Assembly (NCBI GenBank): GCA_963665115.1
Contig: OY762007.1
Coordinates: forward strand, 8,320,001-8,384,000
Direction of reading: 5' to 3'
Length of the DNA: 64,000 nt
Source: an uncultured Rivularia sp.
GTDB lineage: Bacteria; Cyanobacteriota; Cyanobacteriia; Cyanobacteriales; Nostocaceae
The position numbers and the translations under genes are program-made. The first letter of the stretch is position 1; each line of letters starts with the position of its first letter. Shown here one piece after another: positions 10,979-21,974 of this stretch. Below the pieces are notes generated by a model. That model was given only the letters and a program-made list of their open reading frames with translations, ran no database searches and was not told where the DNA came from.

Positions 10979-11533
10979 ATGGCTATTTTGCGACTTGAAG
11001 ACGATACTACATACACCGAAATCAGTGATATTCAACGCGAGCTTGCTCCTTTAAATATCCAAATTAATTCCTGGAAAATAGGAAACGACACAAAACTTAA
11101 GGCTTTATTAGCTCAAGATATGCTTAGTGATAGGGAAAAAGAGTACGTACTCAAAGGGCTTGATAAATACTTTCAAGAATTAGCCATAACTGCTGGGTAT
11201 CAAGAGCGTGACTTAATTGTGCTGCATTCGAGCGTCCCCAAACTTGAGGCGATGCTATCCAAATTCGATAAAATTCATACTCATGCCGACCCCGAAGTAC
11301 GATACATTATAGCCGGTGAGGGTATCTTTGGTTTTGTACGTCCCGACGGTAGCCAGGTAGAACTGACAGTGCAACCCGAAGACTATATTAACGTGCCTTC
11401 TGGTGTCGAACACTGGTTTTATTTGACATCATCGCGACAGATTAAAGCCGTGCGCTACTTCACAAATACAGAAGGTTGGGTACCCGATTACACCAATACG
11501 GAAATTCGCTTACGTCACGCAGTAGTACAGTAG
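10979..11533 (+). CDS. mtnD: Acireductone dioxygenase (cupin)
   Basis: HTHADPEVRY and HWF metal ligands; start may be 10967 or 10979; co-located with mtnB and mtnC. Confidence 0.9.
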   Translation: MAILRLEDDTTYTEISDIQRELAPLNIQINSWKIGNDTKLKALLAQDMLSDREKEYVLKGLDKYFQELAITAGYQERDLIVLHSSVPKLEAMLSKFDKIHTHADPEVRYIIAGEGIFGFVRPDGSQVELTVQPEDYINVPSGVEHWFYLTSSRQIKAVRYFTNTEGWVPDYTNTEIRLRHAVVQ

Positions 11534-11584
11534 ATTGGCGATCGCCCGATTGCTATTAATCCAAAATCTAAAATCTAAAATCCT

Positions 11585-12217
11585 ATGAGTATCGATCCAC
11601 GCCCTACTCTCATTTCTGCTGCTCGTCAGTTCTACCAAATGGGCTGGATGGTAGGTACAGCAGGCAATCTCTCGGCAAGAATATCAGATAGCAGCTTCTG
11701 GATTACTGGCAGTGGGTGTCCGAAAAACCAGTTGACTGCTGATGATTTTGTTCTGATGACTTTGGACGATAAAGACAAATTTTACTCAACTCCTAAGCAA
11801 TCTCATTCTCAAAAACGCCCATCAGCTGAGACGAGCATTCACGCAGCAATTTACAGTTTATTTCCAGATACCCAAGTTTGCTACCACGTACATTCCATTG
11901 AAAACAACTTAGTTTCTCGCTTTACGAAGAGTGATACTTTACCTTTACCACCTTTGGAAATGGTTAAAGGTTTGGGAGTCTGGCAAGAAAACCCACAAGT
12001 GACAATGCCAATCTTCGCCAATCATTTAGAAGTACCCCGGATTGCCGATGAGATTTATACTCGCTTTAAAGACACAAAACCACAAATACCAGCTTTACTA
12101 ATTCGAGATCACGGAGTTACTGTATGGGCTGATTCTTTAGAAGGTGCAAGCAATTATTTAGAGGTGGTGGAGTATATTTTTCGCTATATGGTAGCGAGTA
12201 AAAAGGTTAAAGGTTAA
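11585..12217 (+). CDS. mtnB: Methylthioribulose-1-phosphate dehydratase
   Basis: GWMVGTAGNLS, PSAETSIH, HVHS, HGVTVW class II aldolase motifs. Confidence 0.93.
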   Translation: MSIDPRPTLISAARQFYQMGWMVGTAGNLSARISDSSFWITGSGCPKNQLTADDFVLMTLDDKDKFYSTPKQSHSQKRPSAETSIHAAIYSLFPDTQVCYHVHSIENNLVSRFTKSDTLPLPPLEMVKGLGVWQENPQVTMPIFANHLEVPRIADEIYTRFKDTKPQIPALLIRDHGVTVWADSLEGASNYLEVVEYIFRYMVASKKVKG

Positions 12218-12237
12218 AGTGCGTATAAATATAAAAT

Positions 12238-12945
12238 ATGACAATTACTTACCAAGACAATCAGTTAAAAGTTATTTTGACAGATATTGAAGGCACTACA
12301 ACCGATATTAGTTTTGTACATGACGTTCTTTTTCCTTATTCTGCAAAACATTTATCAGCTTGGGTACGCAAAAATTTAGAATTACCGATTACTCAAGATA
12401 TACTGCAACAAGTTAGAGAAATAACTGGTAAATCAAATCTTGATGTGGAAAGCTGCCTGAATCAATTGATAAATTGGCAAGCTGAAGACAAGAAAATTAC
12501 TCCATTAAAAACTCTGCAAGGTTTAATTTGGCGAGAAGGGTATGATAAAGGTGAGTTAAAAGCTCACGTGTATGCCGACGCTGTTGAATATCTTCAAAAT
12601 TGGCATGATGCAGGTTTAACTTTGGCTGTTTATTCTTCCGGTTCCATTGCTGCTCAGAAGCTATTGTTTACAAACACTTCCGTTGGGGATTTAACTTCAT
12701 TATTTTCCGCTTACTTCGATACTACTACGGGAAGTAAAGTAGAAAGCCAATCCTACGTGAAAATAGCTGATGAATTATCTGTTCTTCCACAACAGATTTT
12801 GTTTCTTTCTGACTCTTTGAAAGAATTGGTTGCGGCTAGTGCAGCTAATTTAAATGTTTGTGGGTTGAATAGAGAAGCGACAGATGTAGATGATAATTTT
12901 ACCTATGTAAATAACTTTTCTCAGATTCCTATAGAAAATGGTTGA
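12238..12945 (+). CDS. mtnC: Acireductone synthase (enolase-phosphatase E1)
   Basis: DIEGTT, FVHDVLFPY, LQGLIW and YSSGS motifs. Confidence 0.95.
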   Translation: MTITYQDNQLKVILTDIEGTTTDISFVHDVLFPYSAKHLSAWVRKNLELPITQDILQQVREITGKSNLDVESCLNQLINWQAEDKKITPLKTLQGLIWREGYDKGELKAHVYADAVEYLQNWHDAGLTLAVYSSGSIAAQKLLFTNTSVGDLTSLFSAYFDTTTGSKVESQSYVKIADELSVLPQQILFLSDSLKELVAASAANLNVCGLNREATDVDDNFTYVNNFSQIPIENG

Positions 12946-13129
12946 GAAAACTGTATTGTTAAATTTATTTTTAATGCTGCAATTTTTACAAATAGTCTTG
13001 ATATAATATCAGGTATTTCTAAATAAAAATACGGATTTATAGTTTTTTTGGTGATATATAATACTTGTATTTTTGGTGAATTGAAATTAAACAATTATAG
13101 CTATTGACAATTAGTCTAGAGATAGATTC

Positions 13130-13444
13130 ATGACACGAGTTATAAATTTTCTGCTGAATACCTTAAATTCGCTTTGGTTTGCTTTAATAAGCGATCCAAT
13201 GAAATCGATTACTGCATTCGCTTCAATAATCCAGTACCAAGAACAGAGTATTTCTCCTAGCACCCCAGGCTTTGTTGGTAAGCAAAGAGTAATCGGGACT
13301 TTTCAAGAATTTCAAAAGCTTGAGATATCCAAAGAAAAATGCCTTCAAATCATTCCATACGTTATAACTGGTTGTGCAAAGCGTTCTATAGGGAAAAAGG
13401 CAATTATCAAACTTGGAAACTTAGGTGATGCAGCTACTTGGTAA
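13130..13444 (+). CDS. Hypothetical protein
   Basis: 104-aa ORF in an AT-rich gap, no recognised motif. Confidence 0.35.
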   Translation: MTRVINFLLNTLNSLWFALISDPMKSITAFASIIQYQEQSISPSTPGFVGKQRVIGTFQEFQKLEISKEKCLQIIPYVITGCAKRSIGKKAIIKLGNLGDAATW

Positions 13445-13532
13445 TATTAGTCATGTGAACTTTGGCAAGGGTAATAGTTTTCTACCGAAACCGCTTGGAC
13501 ATATTTTATTTTTTTTGAAGCAAAATCTATTC

Positions 13533-14054
13533 GTAGGTTGGGTTAGACACTAAAATCAAAATTGATTGTAACGACAATTTAACTATGGTGTCGTAACCCA
13601 ACATCAATATTGGGAATAGATAAAAATATCGCTTAAATGCACAATTGCTGGCAATGTTGGGTTACGACGCTATGTAAATTCTTAACTCAAACCCTAAATT
13701 ATAAAAGCGTCTAACCCAACCTACAAATCCTCTCTCTTTAACTCTTTCCTCTGCGTACTCTGTGTCTCTGCGGTTTTTTTGATTTCAATAATTTAGCGTT
13801 ACAACCAAATTATTGAAAATGGTGCGTTAGAACAAAGTTCATAACACACCCTACAATAAAGAATTTTCAAACTAAATCATAGTTATTCGTAGGTTGGGTT
13901 AGACACTAAAATCAAAATTGATTGTAACGACAATTTAAATCTGGTGTCGTAGCTCAACATCATTGTTATGGATATAAGAAGCATATGTTGGGTTACGACG
14001 CTATATAAATTCTTAACTCAAACCTTAATCATAAAAGCGTCTAACCCAACCTAC
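13533..14054. mobile_element. Two adjacent REPIN-like elements (13533-13724 and 13889-14054)
   Basis: Each is GTAGGTTGGGTTAGAC..GTCGTA(A/G)C(C/T)CAACA..TGTTGGGTTACGAC..GTCTAACCCAACCTAC; arms near-identical between the two copies. Confidence 0.85.
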
Positions 14055-14123
14055 AATTCAAGTATTAATTGAGCAATAAAATACCCCTCTCATTAACAAG
14101 GAGAGGGGAAGGGGTGAGGTTTT

Positions 14124-17100
14124 TCAAACTTTGGCTACAGGTGTTTCTTCAACTCCCTGCAATTGTTTTGTTTCAATTTTCTTCTTCCCGGAATAATCTC
14201 GTAACAATCCCATTAATGCAGGAACTATGGTAGGTGTGAGAATTGTAGAAAATGCCAAACCTCCAGTTAAAACAATTCCCAATCCTTGATATAACTCGGC
14301 TCCTTTTCCGGGAATTACAGCTAGCGGTAACATTCCTAAGACGCTGGTTCCTGCTGACATGAAAATTGGTCGGAGTCTGTCTTTTACTGCTAAATAAAGG
14401 GAGTCGTCGTAGCTTTTTCCTTCGTTTTGCAGTTGTAAGGATCTATCTACTAATAATATTGCGTTGTTAACTACTACTCCGGTTAATATTACAAATCCCA
14501 ATCCAGTTATCATATCTAAGGGAACTACTACACCGGGAATTGAATTTGCCAAAATTAAACTTAATAATGCTCCCGATATTCCCAAGGGTACTGTTGCCAT
14601 GATTAACATGGGGAAGGAAAAGGAACGATATAAAGCAACTAAAAGCAAATAGGTAATTACCAAAGATAATACGAAACTGGAACCAAGTTGCATTAATGTT
14701 TCTGATAGGACATCAGCCGAACCAGCTAGTTCTGCTCGGAATCCGATTGGTAAGGTTTCGCGTAAAGGTTCTAAAATTTGCTGTTCGGTTTGGTCTACTA
14801 ATGCTCCTAATGGTGCTTCTCTAGCTACTCGAACAGTAAGGGTAATTGACCGCTCTAAGTCAACGTGGTTGATTGCATCTGGGCCGGTTGCTTCGACGAC
14901 TTCTGCGACATCGGATAATTGTACTTGTCTTCCTCTACCAATATTTAACGGAAGTTGTCGTAATTGTTCTGGGGTTTCGACGGATGTATCTTGTAATTCG
15001 ACGGTGACATCAAGTTCTCGTTTACCATCTGTAAATTCAGAAGCTCGTAAACCACCTAAAGCAGCTTCGACGATGGAACCGAGTTCTGCTTCCGATAATC
15101 CGACTTCTGCTAATCTAACTCGGTTGGGAACAACTTGTAATTCTGGCGCTCCGGTGACAAAATTGGAACGGACATTTTGTACTCCTTCTAATCCTCGGAG
15201 TTGTTCCATTACCTGTTGTTGGAGTTGATTTAATTGTTCTAAATCTTGTCCGACAATATTTACTTCAAATTCTTTTCCGGGGTTCCGAAATATTGATACT
15301 CTTCGAGGAACTAGGAAGCGATATCCGGGAAAGTTATTGCTTTGTTGACGGAATCTATCGACAAGTTCATCAAGTTTATTCCCGGTTGCTTCTTCTGACT
15401 TCACAAAAGCGGCGATCGCTCTTAATCCGTTTCGGTGAACGTAAAGACTACGCATGACTTCCGGTTGTTCTCGAACAAAATCTCTAGCTCCTTGAGAAAG
15501 TTTGATTGCTTCGGGAATACTAGTTCCAGGAAATGGTTCTGCTAGCCATAATATTAAGTTACGGTTTCCTTCGGGGAGATAATCTGCTGGTGGAAGTAGT
15601 TGAACGCTGATAAATAATAATGTGATGGGAATTGCTAGTACTATTAAACGTCTGCCTTTTCTTCCTACTCCGATTGACCAACTTACTGTAGCTAAAAGGA
15701 ATTTTTCAAATTTTCTTTGGAAGAACAGGAATATTGAAGAGATTTTGGTAATTAGATTTTGAATAATAGCAAACCCATTCCGGAAAAATCTCACTCTTTT
15801 CCTCTCTTCTTTATAAGCAGAGGGGTGTCCGTCAGGACGGGGTGAGGTATTAGTTGGATTTGAAATTATTTGGTCGGAAGCAATTAATAAAGGGTTATTT
15901 TGTTGATTACTTGGAATATTTAAATTATTTCTTTCTCCCCCTGCTCCCTCATTCCCCATTCCTTGAAGAATTCTTTGTGCTTCAGCTTGATTGAGAAATA
16001 ATCCCGAAAGCATGGGAACCAAGGTTAATGCTGCAAATAGGGAGAATAAAACCGAAGCAGAAAGTCCGATTCCAATATCGAAGAATAATTGTCCAGCTTC
16101 ACCTTGAACCAAAACAATTGGAGCAAATACAGCAACGGTGGTTAAGGTAGAAGCTAGCATTGCTCCACCAACTTCTTCGGTTCCTTCGATTGCTGCTTTG
16201 ACTGGTGATTTACCCATTTGCATATGAGTAAACACGTTTTCTAAAACCACAATTGCATTATCTACCACCATCCCCACAGCAAATGCCAAACTTGCTAAAC
16301 TAATTACGTTTAAAGAACGTCCCAAAGCTGCAAAAACAATAAATACTGTAATTAAAGTTGTAGGAATAGTAATCGCAATAACTGCAACCGTCCGTAAAGA
16401 ACCGAGGAATAGTAATAAAATAAACGCTGCCAAAACAGCACCCATCATCAAATTCCCTTTTACAAAAGAAATTGATTGATTAATATAGTCATTTTCATCA
16501 TAGGGAATATCAAAAGTAATTCCTTCCCCTTCCCTATCAAACCGTTTTTCTAAATCAACTAAAGCTTGACGAATACCCTTGGAAATTTCCGGGACATTCG
16601 CATTTGGTTGACGAATAATTCCTACAGCAACCGCTGGTTTATTATCTCTAATTAAAGCTCTATCTTGAATCTTCCTTCCCATTTTTGCTGTAGCAACATC
16701 TCGCAAAAAAACCGTTCCCGATTCATCCCGACGTAAGACAAAATCTTCTAACTGCTTCACATCAGTCGAACGACTCACAGTCCTAACTCGATATTCCCGT
16801 CTTCCCAAAACCAAAGGGGCCACCGCGAATATCTCGGTTGTTACTTCGCAACGCAGCTACTACATCACCAATAGTTAAATTCCTATCCGCTAAAGCCTTG
16901 GGATTAACAATTACCTCAACTTCCCTTTCCCTACCACCAGAAATCAAAAATTGTCCCACACCTTGAACTTGTCGAAACCGAGGAACAATGACATCATCAA
17001 CCAAATCCCGATAATGTTCATCATTTGGTGTAAACCCTTCCTTAGCAACCAGAATCGTCCACATCATCGGACTGCTGCTACCGCTGACAATTTCTACATC

Positions 17101-17475
17101 CGACTCACCAGCTTCCCGTGGTAATTCCTCCACCTGCTGAAGCTTATTTAGAACATCCACCAACCGTCGATCAATATCGGTATCCCAATTAAATTCTAAA
17201 TTAATACTACTTACACCAGCAGCACTACTGCTAGTAACTTCTTGAATTCCCTGTACCTCCTCCAACCTTTCCTCAATCGGACGAGTAATTAACTCCTCAA
17301 CCTCATTCGGACTAGCACCAGAATAAGAAGTACTAATTGTAATTTCCGGGCGATCGCCACCAGGGCGCAATTCCAAAGGCAGACTTAATAATGATAAAAC
17401 ACCGAATAAAGCTAAAATACAAAATACAACAAAAGTTCCATGTCGCCAACGAACCGCTGTTTTAATTATGCTCAT
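14124..17475 (-). pseudogene. RND efflux permease (AcrB/AcrD/AcrF family), split by an apparent +1 frameshift
   Basis: GMVVDNAIVVLEN and RLRPIFM motifs; removing one C from GGCCCCT (about 16816-16819) fuses both ORFs into 1116 aa; may be a sequencing error. Confidence 0.9.
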
Positions 17476-17664
17476 AATAAATAGTTAGTGGTTGGTGGTT
17501 AGTTGTTAGTGGTTAGTTGTTAATTGTTAACCCCTTCCTACCTCTCCTCTTTATCTTTTCCCTCAGCGTACTCTGCACGCCACTTGCTACAAGTCGGGGA
17601 ACCCGCCCAACGCAGTGGCTTGTCTAGTAAGGTTTTTTTAATTATTAATCTTCTTATTAACTAT

Positions 17665-18096
17665 TCACTGCTCACTGTTAACTGATAACTGTTTTCCCAT
17701 TTTCACCGTCAAAAATTCATCTTTATCTCGTAATAAAAATAAAGCAATTAATCCACCCAAAGCAGGAACCGCAGCCCAAAACAAAGTATTTGGACTTTCA
17801 TAGGGATTAAATAATTGCTTATACGTTGATAACACCGAAACAATATGCATTCCTAAAATTGCTCCATAAGTCCAGGTTTTAAATAAACCCACCATGAAAG
17901 CAATTACAAGTAAAGTTTGGATTGTACCTGCAACGTAAGAAAATGATTGAGATACTTCCAGGGAATAAAACTTAGAAAATATGCCTTGAGTTGATTCTGG
18001 CTGAATTATTTTGCGTAAAGACCAAACCAGAAAAAACATTGCTGTGGAAATGCGGATTATTGCTAAACTAACTTGAATTTTTCTTTCGTCTGTCAT
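17665..18096 (-). CDS. DoxX-like membrane protein within the efflux operon
   Basis: Four hydrophobic segments, RISTAMFFLVW..K pattern. Confidence 0.7.
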   Translation of the reverse strand: MTDERKIQVSLAIIRISTAMFFLVWSLRKIIQPESTQGIFSKFYSLEVSQSFSYVAGTIQTLLVIAFMVGLFKTWTYGAILGMHIVSVLSTYKQLFNPYESPNTLFWAAVPALGGLIALFLLRDKDEFLTVKMGKQLSVNSEQ

Positions 18097-18112
18097 GATT
18101 TTTTACTAATTA

Positions 18113-19492
18113 TCAATTACCTATTAGTTTGACTTTCGCTTTATCTTTCAAACCATCCCCACCACGCAATACGATTTTTTGACCTGCTTGTAAATTATTA
18201 CCGGAAATCGCGACTTGTTGTCCCATATCTGCAACCATTTCGACTTCCATCTGTTTCGCATTGCCGTTATCTACAGCAAATACTAACCATTTATCTTGTT
18301 TTCTCGTTAATGCATCGCGAGATACTACAAACCCCTCGGTATTTCCTGCTAATTGCAAGTTTCCAGAAATTGCCATACCGGGTAACAATCCTGGTGGTGG
18401 GTTATCCAATCTAACCCGTACTCGCTGCCGTCTTGATGCTGCTTCTGCTGTCGGTACAACTCCTGCAATCGTGGCATTTCCTTTCCATTGCGGTAAAGCA
18501 CGAGCGGTTAATTCTACTCTCGTTCCAGCCGCTACCTGAGAACTAAGTTGCTCTGGTAATTCTAAGAAAATATCTAACTTATCTCCCGCAACTAAAGTAA
18601 TAATTTCACCACCATTTTGTAAGTAGTCGCCAGGGCTAACTTGTCTTTGCAAAACAACACCATCAGAATTAGCTTTGATGCGAGTTCGTTCTATTTGTAG
18701 TTTTGCTTGGTTGACTACAGATATTGCTGCTGCAACGTTGGCTTGTTGTGCTGCAATAACTTCACGGGTAAAACCAGCTTTTGCTTCCGCTAATTCTGCT
18801 TGCGCTTCTAATCTTTCTCCCCTAGCATTATCTACTGCTGCTCTTGCTTCTACCAATAATCTTTGCGCGATCGCACCTTCTCTTACTAACCCCGTGCGTC
18901 TTTTCAGATTATCCACTGCTTCTGTTTCTCTGGCTCTGGCTGCTTTTACCGCTGCTTCCCTTTGAGCAATAATTTCTGGACGAGTTCCCACTTCTAATCT
19001 TGCTAATTCGCTTCGCTGTTGTGCAAGTTGGGCTTGTGCTTGAGAAAGCGTTAATTTTTGATCGGCATCGTCGAGTACTGCAATTGTCGTTCCCCGTCTC
19101 ACTTTATCCCCGGCTTGCACCAGCATTTGCTTGACTATTCCCCCGGTTTGAGCGCGGATTGTGGCTTGTTGTGGCGATTCCACTTGTCCTAATAATTGTA
19201 CGTTCCTTGTAGCATTACCTTTGGAAAGTGTTGTAACTTCTACAGCACGAGGTGCAGGTGTTTTCGCTGCTGTGGCTGGTTTCGGAGCTTGTTGAGTAGC
19301 AGAAAATACGTGAAATAATGCTATCCCATTAATGCCAATCGAAATAAATAATAATAACCCTAACCAAGACTTGCGATGATTTTTTTCGGGGTTACGTTGC
19401 TTTTCATCGATAGCAGAAACATCAATATCTTGCTCCAAATTGTGTTCTAAGTTGGCTTTTAATTCTGTCTCTGGTGGCTGTAACTCGTTCAT
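18113..19492 (-). CDS. RND efflux periplasmic adaptor subunit (HlyD/AcrA family)
   Basis: N-terminal TM, lipoyl halves (GDKVRRG, VSPGDYL), coiled-coil hairpin, LLPGM. Confidence 0.93.
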   Translation of the reverse strand: MNELQPPETELKANLEHNLEQDIDVSAIDEKQRNPEKNHRKSWLGLLLFISIGINGIALFHVFSATQQAPKPATAAKTPAPRAVEVTTLSKGNATRNVQLLGQVESPQQATIRAQTGGIVKQMLVQAGDKVRRGTTIAVLDDADQKLTLSQAQAQLAQQRSELARLEVGTRPEIIAQREAAVKAARARETEAVDNLKRRTGLVREGAIAQRLLVEARAAVDNARGERLEAQAELAEAKAGFTREVIAAQQANVAAAISVVNQAKLQIERTRIKANSDGVVLQRQVSPGDYLQNGGEIITLVAGDKLDIFLELPEQLSSQVAAGTRVELTARALPQWKGNATIAGVVPTAEAASRRQRVRVRLDNPPPGLLPGMAISGNLQLAGNTEGFVVSRDALTRKQDKWLVFAVDNGNAKQMEVEMVADMGQQVAISGNNLQAGQKIVLRGGDGLKDKAKVKLIGN

Positions 19493-19544
19493 AATTTTTC
19501 TGGTAATGGATAATGTTTGTTTGTTAAGATTTGAAACCTTTATG

Positions 19545-19560
19545 CATACCAGTTGGTATG
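19545..19560. promoter_or_regulatory. Putative TetR operator upstream of adaptor gene
   Basis: CATACC-AGTT-GGTATG palindrome; second copy at 20214-20229. Confidence 0.65.
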
Positions 19561-19577
19561 TTGATAGTTAAAATTTT

Positions 19578-20183
19578 TTATGCTGGTATGCCCAATATTC
19601 TTAATAATCCTGGTTTCAAATCGGTTTTAACAAACTCTAAATCATTTTTAACTCTACCTATGGTTAAAACACCCTGTACAAATACATACATATAGCTTCC
19701 GATATTCGCTGCATCTAAATCCTTATCAACTATACCTTCACGTTGGGCATCGGCGACAAGGGAAGTTAAATATTTAGTCATGCGATCGGTAATATTAACA
19801 GAGATATTTTTCAGCTTATCTTCGCTGGTACTTTGTCCGGTAGAGATAAACGGACAGCCAAGCACTCGTCCGGTTTGAGCGTATTTTTTTGTCTGCATGG
19901 ATATTATCAGTTCGCAGTAATAATCAACTCTTTCTAAAGGTGTATTTTGTGGAGAAAAAACGCGGTCAAAACTATTCCTAACGTTTAACCAGCGGACTTC
20001 CAATGCTGCTGCGGCTAAATCGGCTTTTGATTTAAAATAGTGATAAAAAGCACCCTTAGTAACTCCCGATTGCGTACAAATTTGCACAATTCCCACGCAA
20101 TCGTAATTGTTTTCCCAGATTAAATCCAGCGCGGTTTCTAAAAGCTTTTGTTTTGTTTCTTTATGTTCTATAACGGTTGCCAT
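19578..20183 (-). CDS. TetR/AcrR family transcriptional regulator
   Basis: HTH ICTQSGVTKGAFYHYFKSKADL and GCPF motif; likely start MATVIEHK at 20183. Confidence 0.93.
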   Translation of the reverse strand: MATVIEHKETKQKLLETALDLIWENNYDCVGIVQICTQSGVTKGAFYHYFKSKADLAAAALEVRWLNVRNSFDRVFSPQNTPLERVDYYCELIISMQTKKYAQTGRVLGCPFISTGQSTSEDKLKNISVNITDRMTKYLTSLVADAQREGIVDKDLDAANIGSYMYVFVQGVLTIGRVKNDLEFVKTDLKPGLLRILGIPA

Positions 20184-20213
20184 GTTATCGAAAAAGTATA
20201 TATGATTATTTAT

Positions 20214-20229
20214 CATACATACCGGTATG
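20214..20229. promoter_or_regulatory. Putative TetR autoregulatory operator
   Basis: CATACA-TACC-GGTATG about 30 nt upstream of tetR. Confidence 0.6.
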
Positions 20230-20525
20230 AATGTTGAGCAACTATTTCTCTTTGTATTTTCACAGAAGCAAAAATTTTACTTACCTGAAGAGAAGCCAGA
20301 GGTGATTGGCGATCGCCTTTTGATGCGAAAATTGATTTAACTGCGGTATTTCAGCCTTGGGAATAATGTAGAAACTCTTCCTCTTCCACAACCAGAATTG
20401 ATTAATCACTCACTCACCCTGAATTCAATTGTGCTAAGCATCGCAAACAAATGTGACACAGAAATGACAATGTGAAGAAAATATAAAGTTAGTTTGGCAA
20501 TGGGGGATGGGGAATGGGGCATAGT

Positions 20526-20628
20526 TAAGCTGATATGCAGCTAAATTGCGTAATGCTAAAGCCTGAAAATATTGTAGTGCGGGCATCTTGCTCGCTAGTA
20601 TTATACAAACTAAATGCGTAACAACTTA
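20526..20628. mobile_element. About 100-bp MITE-like element; inverted copy at 41400-41501
   Basis: Ends TAAGCTG..CAACTTA with internal GTAGTGCGGGCATCTTGCTCGCT; aligns over its length with the reverse complement of 41400-41501. Confidence 0.7.
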
Positions 20629-20685
20629 GCAGTTAAAACTATAATTGTTTGTTAGTAACTGATAACTGATAACTGCTCACTGATA

Positions 20686-21225
20686 ATGAGTCTCTATTTC
20701 ATCGCTTTATTACCACCGCAGTCAATTCAAGATTATGCTACTGAAGTTAAGCAGTATTTTGCTGACAATTACGACAGTAAACACGCTTTCAAGTCACCTC
20801 CACACGTTACTTTGCAACCTCCTTTTGAGTGGAATACGGATAAAATAATCAATTTGGAGGAATGTTTGCAGAAGTTTGTCAGGGGGCGAAATTCAATACC
20901 GATGATTCTCGATGGTTATAATGCGTTTGCTCCTCGGGTTATATATATTGATGTAGTTAAAACTTCAGAGTTGATGAATTTGCAAGCTGATTTAATGGCT
21001 TATTTAGAAACTAATTTGGGGATAGTTGATAAAGTTGGAAAATCTCGCGGTTTTACTCCTCACATGACGGTTGCTTTTAAAGATTTGAAGCGAAATAAAT
21101 TTAAAGCTGCTTGGAAGGAATTTGAAAACCGAGAATTGTATTTTGAATTTACTGCTGGGGAATTGATACTGTTAAAACACGAAGATAGGAAATGGAATAT
21201 TACAGAAGAGTTTAAATTTGTATAA
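20686..21225 (+). CDS. 2H phosphoesterase / 2'-5' RNA ligase family protein
   Basis: Two HxT motifs: PHVTL and PHMTV. Confidence 0.92.
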   Translation: MSLYFIALLPPQSIQDYATEVKQYFADNYDSKHAFKSPPHVTLQPPFEWNTDKIINLEECLQKFVRGRNSIPMILDGYNAFAPRVIYIDVVKTSELMNLQADLMAYLETNLGIVDKVGKSRGFTPHMTVAFKDLKRNKFKAAWKEFENRELYFEFTAGELILLKHEDRKWNITEEFKFV

Positions 21226-21304
21226 AAAATACATAGAAATATGACCCAATAATCCTTATACTACCACTGCGTAATCTAGTAGACCTTTTAAAAGAGAAAT
21301 AATC

Positions 21305-21598
21305 ATGCAACCAGAAACAAAGCAAGCGTACCAAGAGAAAGTAAAGGCTCAACTTAATAACCTTAACGCTCAAATCGATCAAATGAAGGCAAAAGCCGCT
21401 GAAGCCAATGCTGATGCTGCTATTGAGTACAATAAAATGATAGACGATTTAACTGGCAAACGTAATGAAGCACAAGTAAAGTTAGATGAAATCGGCAGAG
21501 CTTCTGAAGATGCTTGGGAAGATTTGAAAGTAGGCTTTGAAAGTGCTTGGAATGATTTGAATGTTGCTTTCAAGAGTGCAATGAATAAATTCCAGTAA
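21305..21598 (+). CDS. Small coiled-coil conserved protein (Sll1863-like)
   Basis: KQAYQEKVKAQL..ASEDAWEDLKVGFESAW. Confidence 0.8.
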   Translation: MQPETKQAYQEKVKAQLNNLNAQIDQMKAKAAEANADAAIEYNKMIDDLTGKRNEAQVKLDEIGRASEDAWEDLKVGFESAWNDLNVAFKSAMNKFQ

Positions 21599-21704
21599 TT
21601 TTATCTTCATTCTTTAATCGATCGTAATAACTAATGTAGAGACTGGCTGTATTTCCACGTCTCTATTTTTTATTTTTTATTTCAATTACCAAGAGCGAAT
21701 CGAA

Positions 21705-21761
21705 ATGTCTTTTCATTTTGGAGAAATTGCGGTTCAAAACAAAGCGGGGGTGCGAGGGTAA
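21705..21761 (+). pseudogene. N-terminal remnant of a pyridoxamine 5'-phosphate oxidase-family gene
   Basis: MSFHFGEIAVQNKAGVRG*; resembles the FHxGExAVQxxAGV start of that family. Confidence 0.5.
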
Positions 21762-21974
21762 TGCCATTTTCATTAATTTGCTTTATTTTGTCGGATTATA
21801 CGTTCACCTGGCAATAGCAAAGGTATTTTAAATCCACCTCTACGCTGAAAGTTTATTCAGTAATAGTTTTTCAGGAAAGAATTAATTACTTAGAAAACCA
21901 CCGCATATTTCCGGAAATTTCAGCAAAGCTATGTAGTTATGTAGGCATAAAAGATACAAAGCGCGGAAGGTACT

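Noticed and set aside
13533..14054. Repeat-spacer pattern as mini-CRISPR
   Set aside because: Boxes alternate in orientation and form nested inverted repeats; spacers are duplicated between adjacent copies
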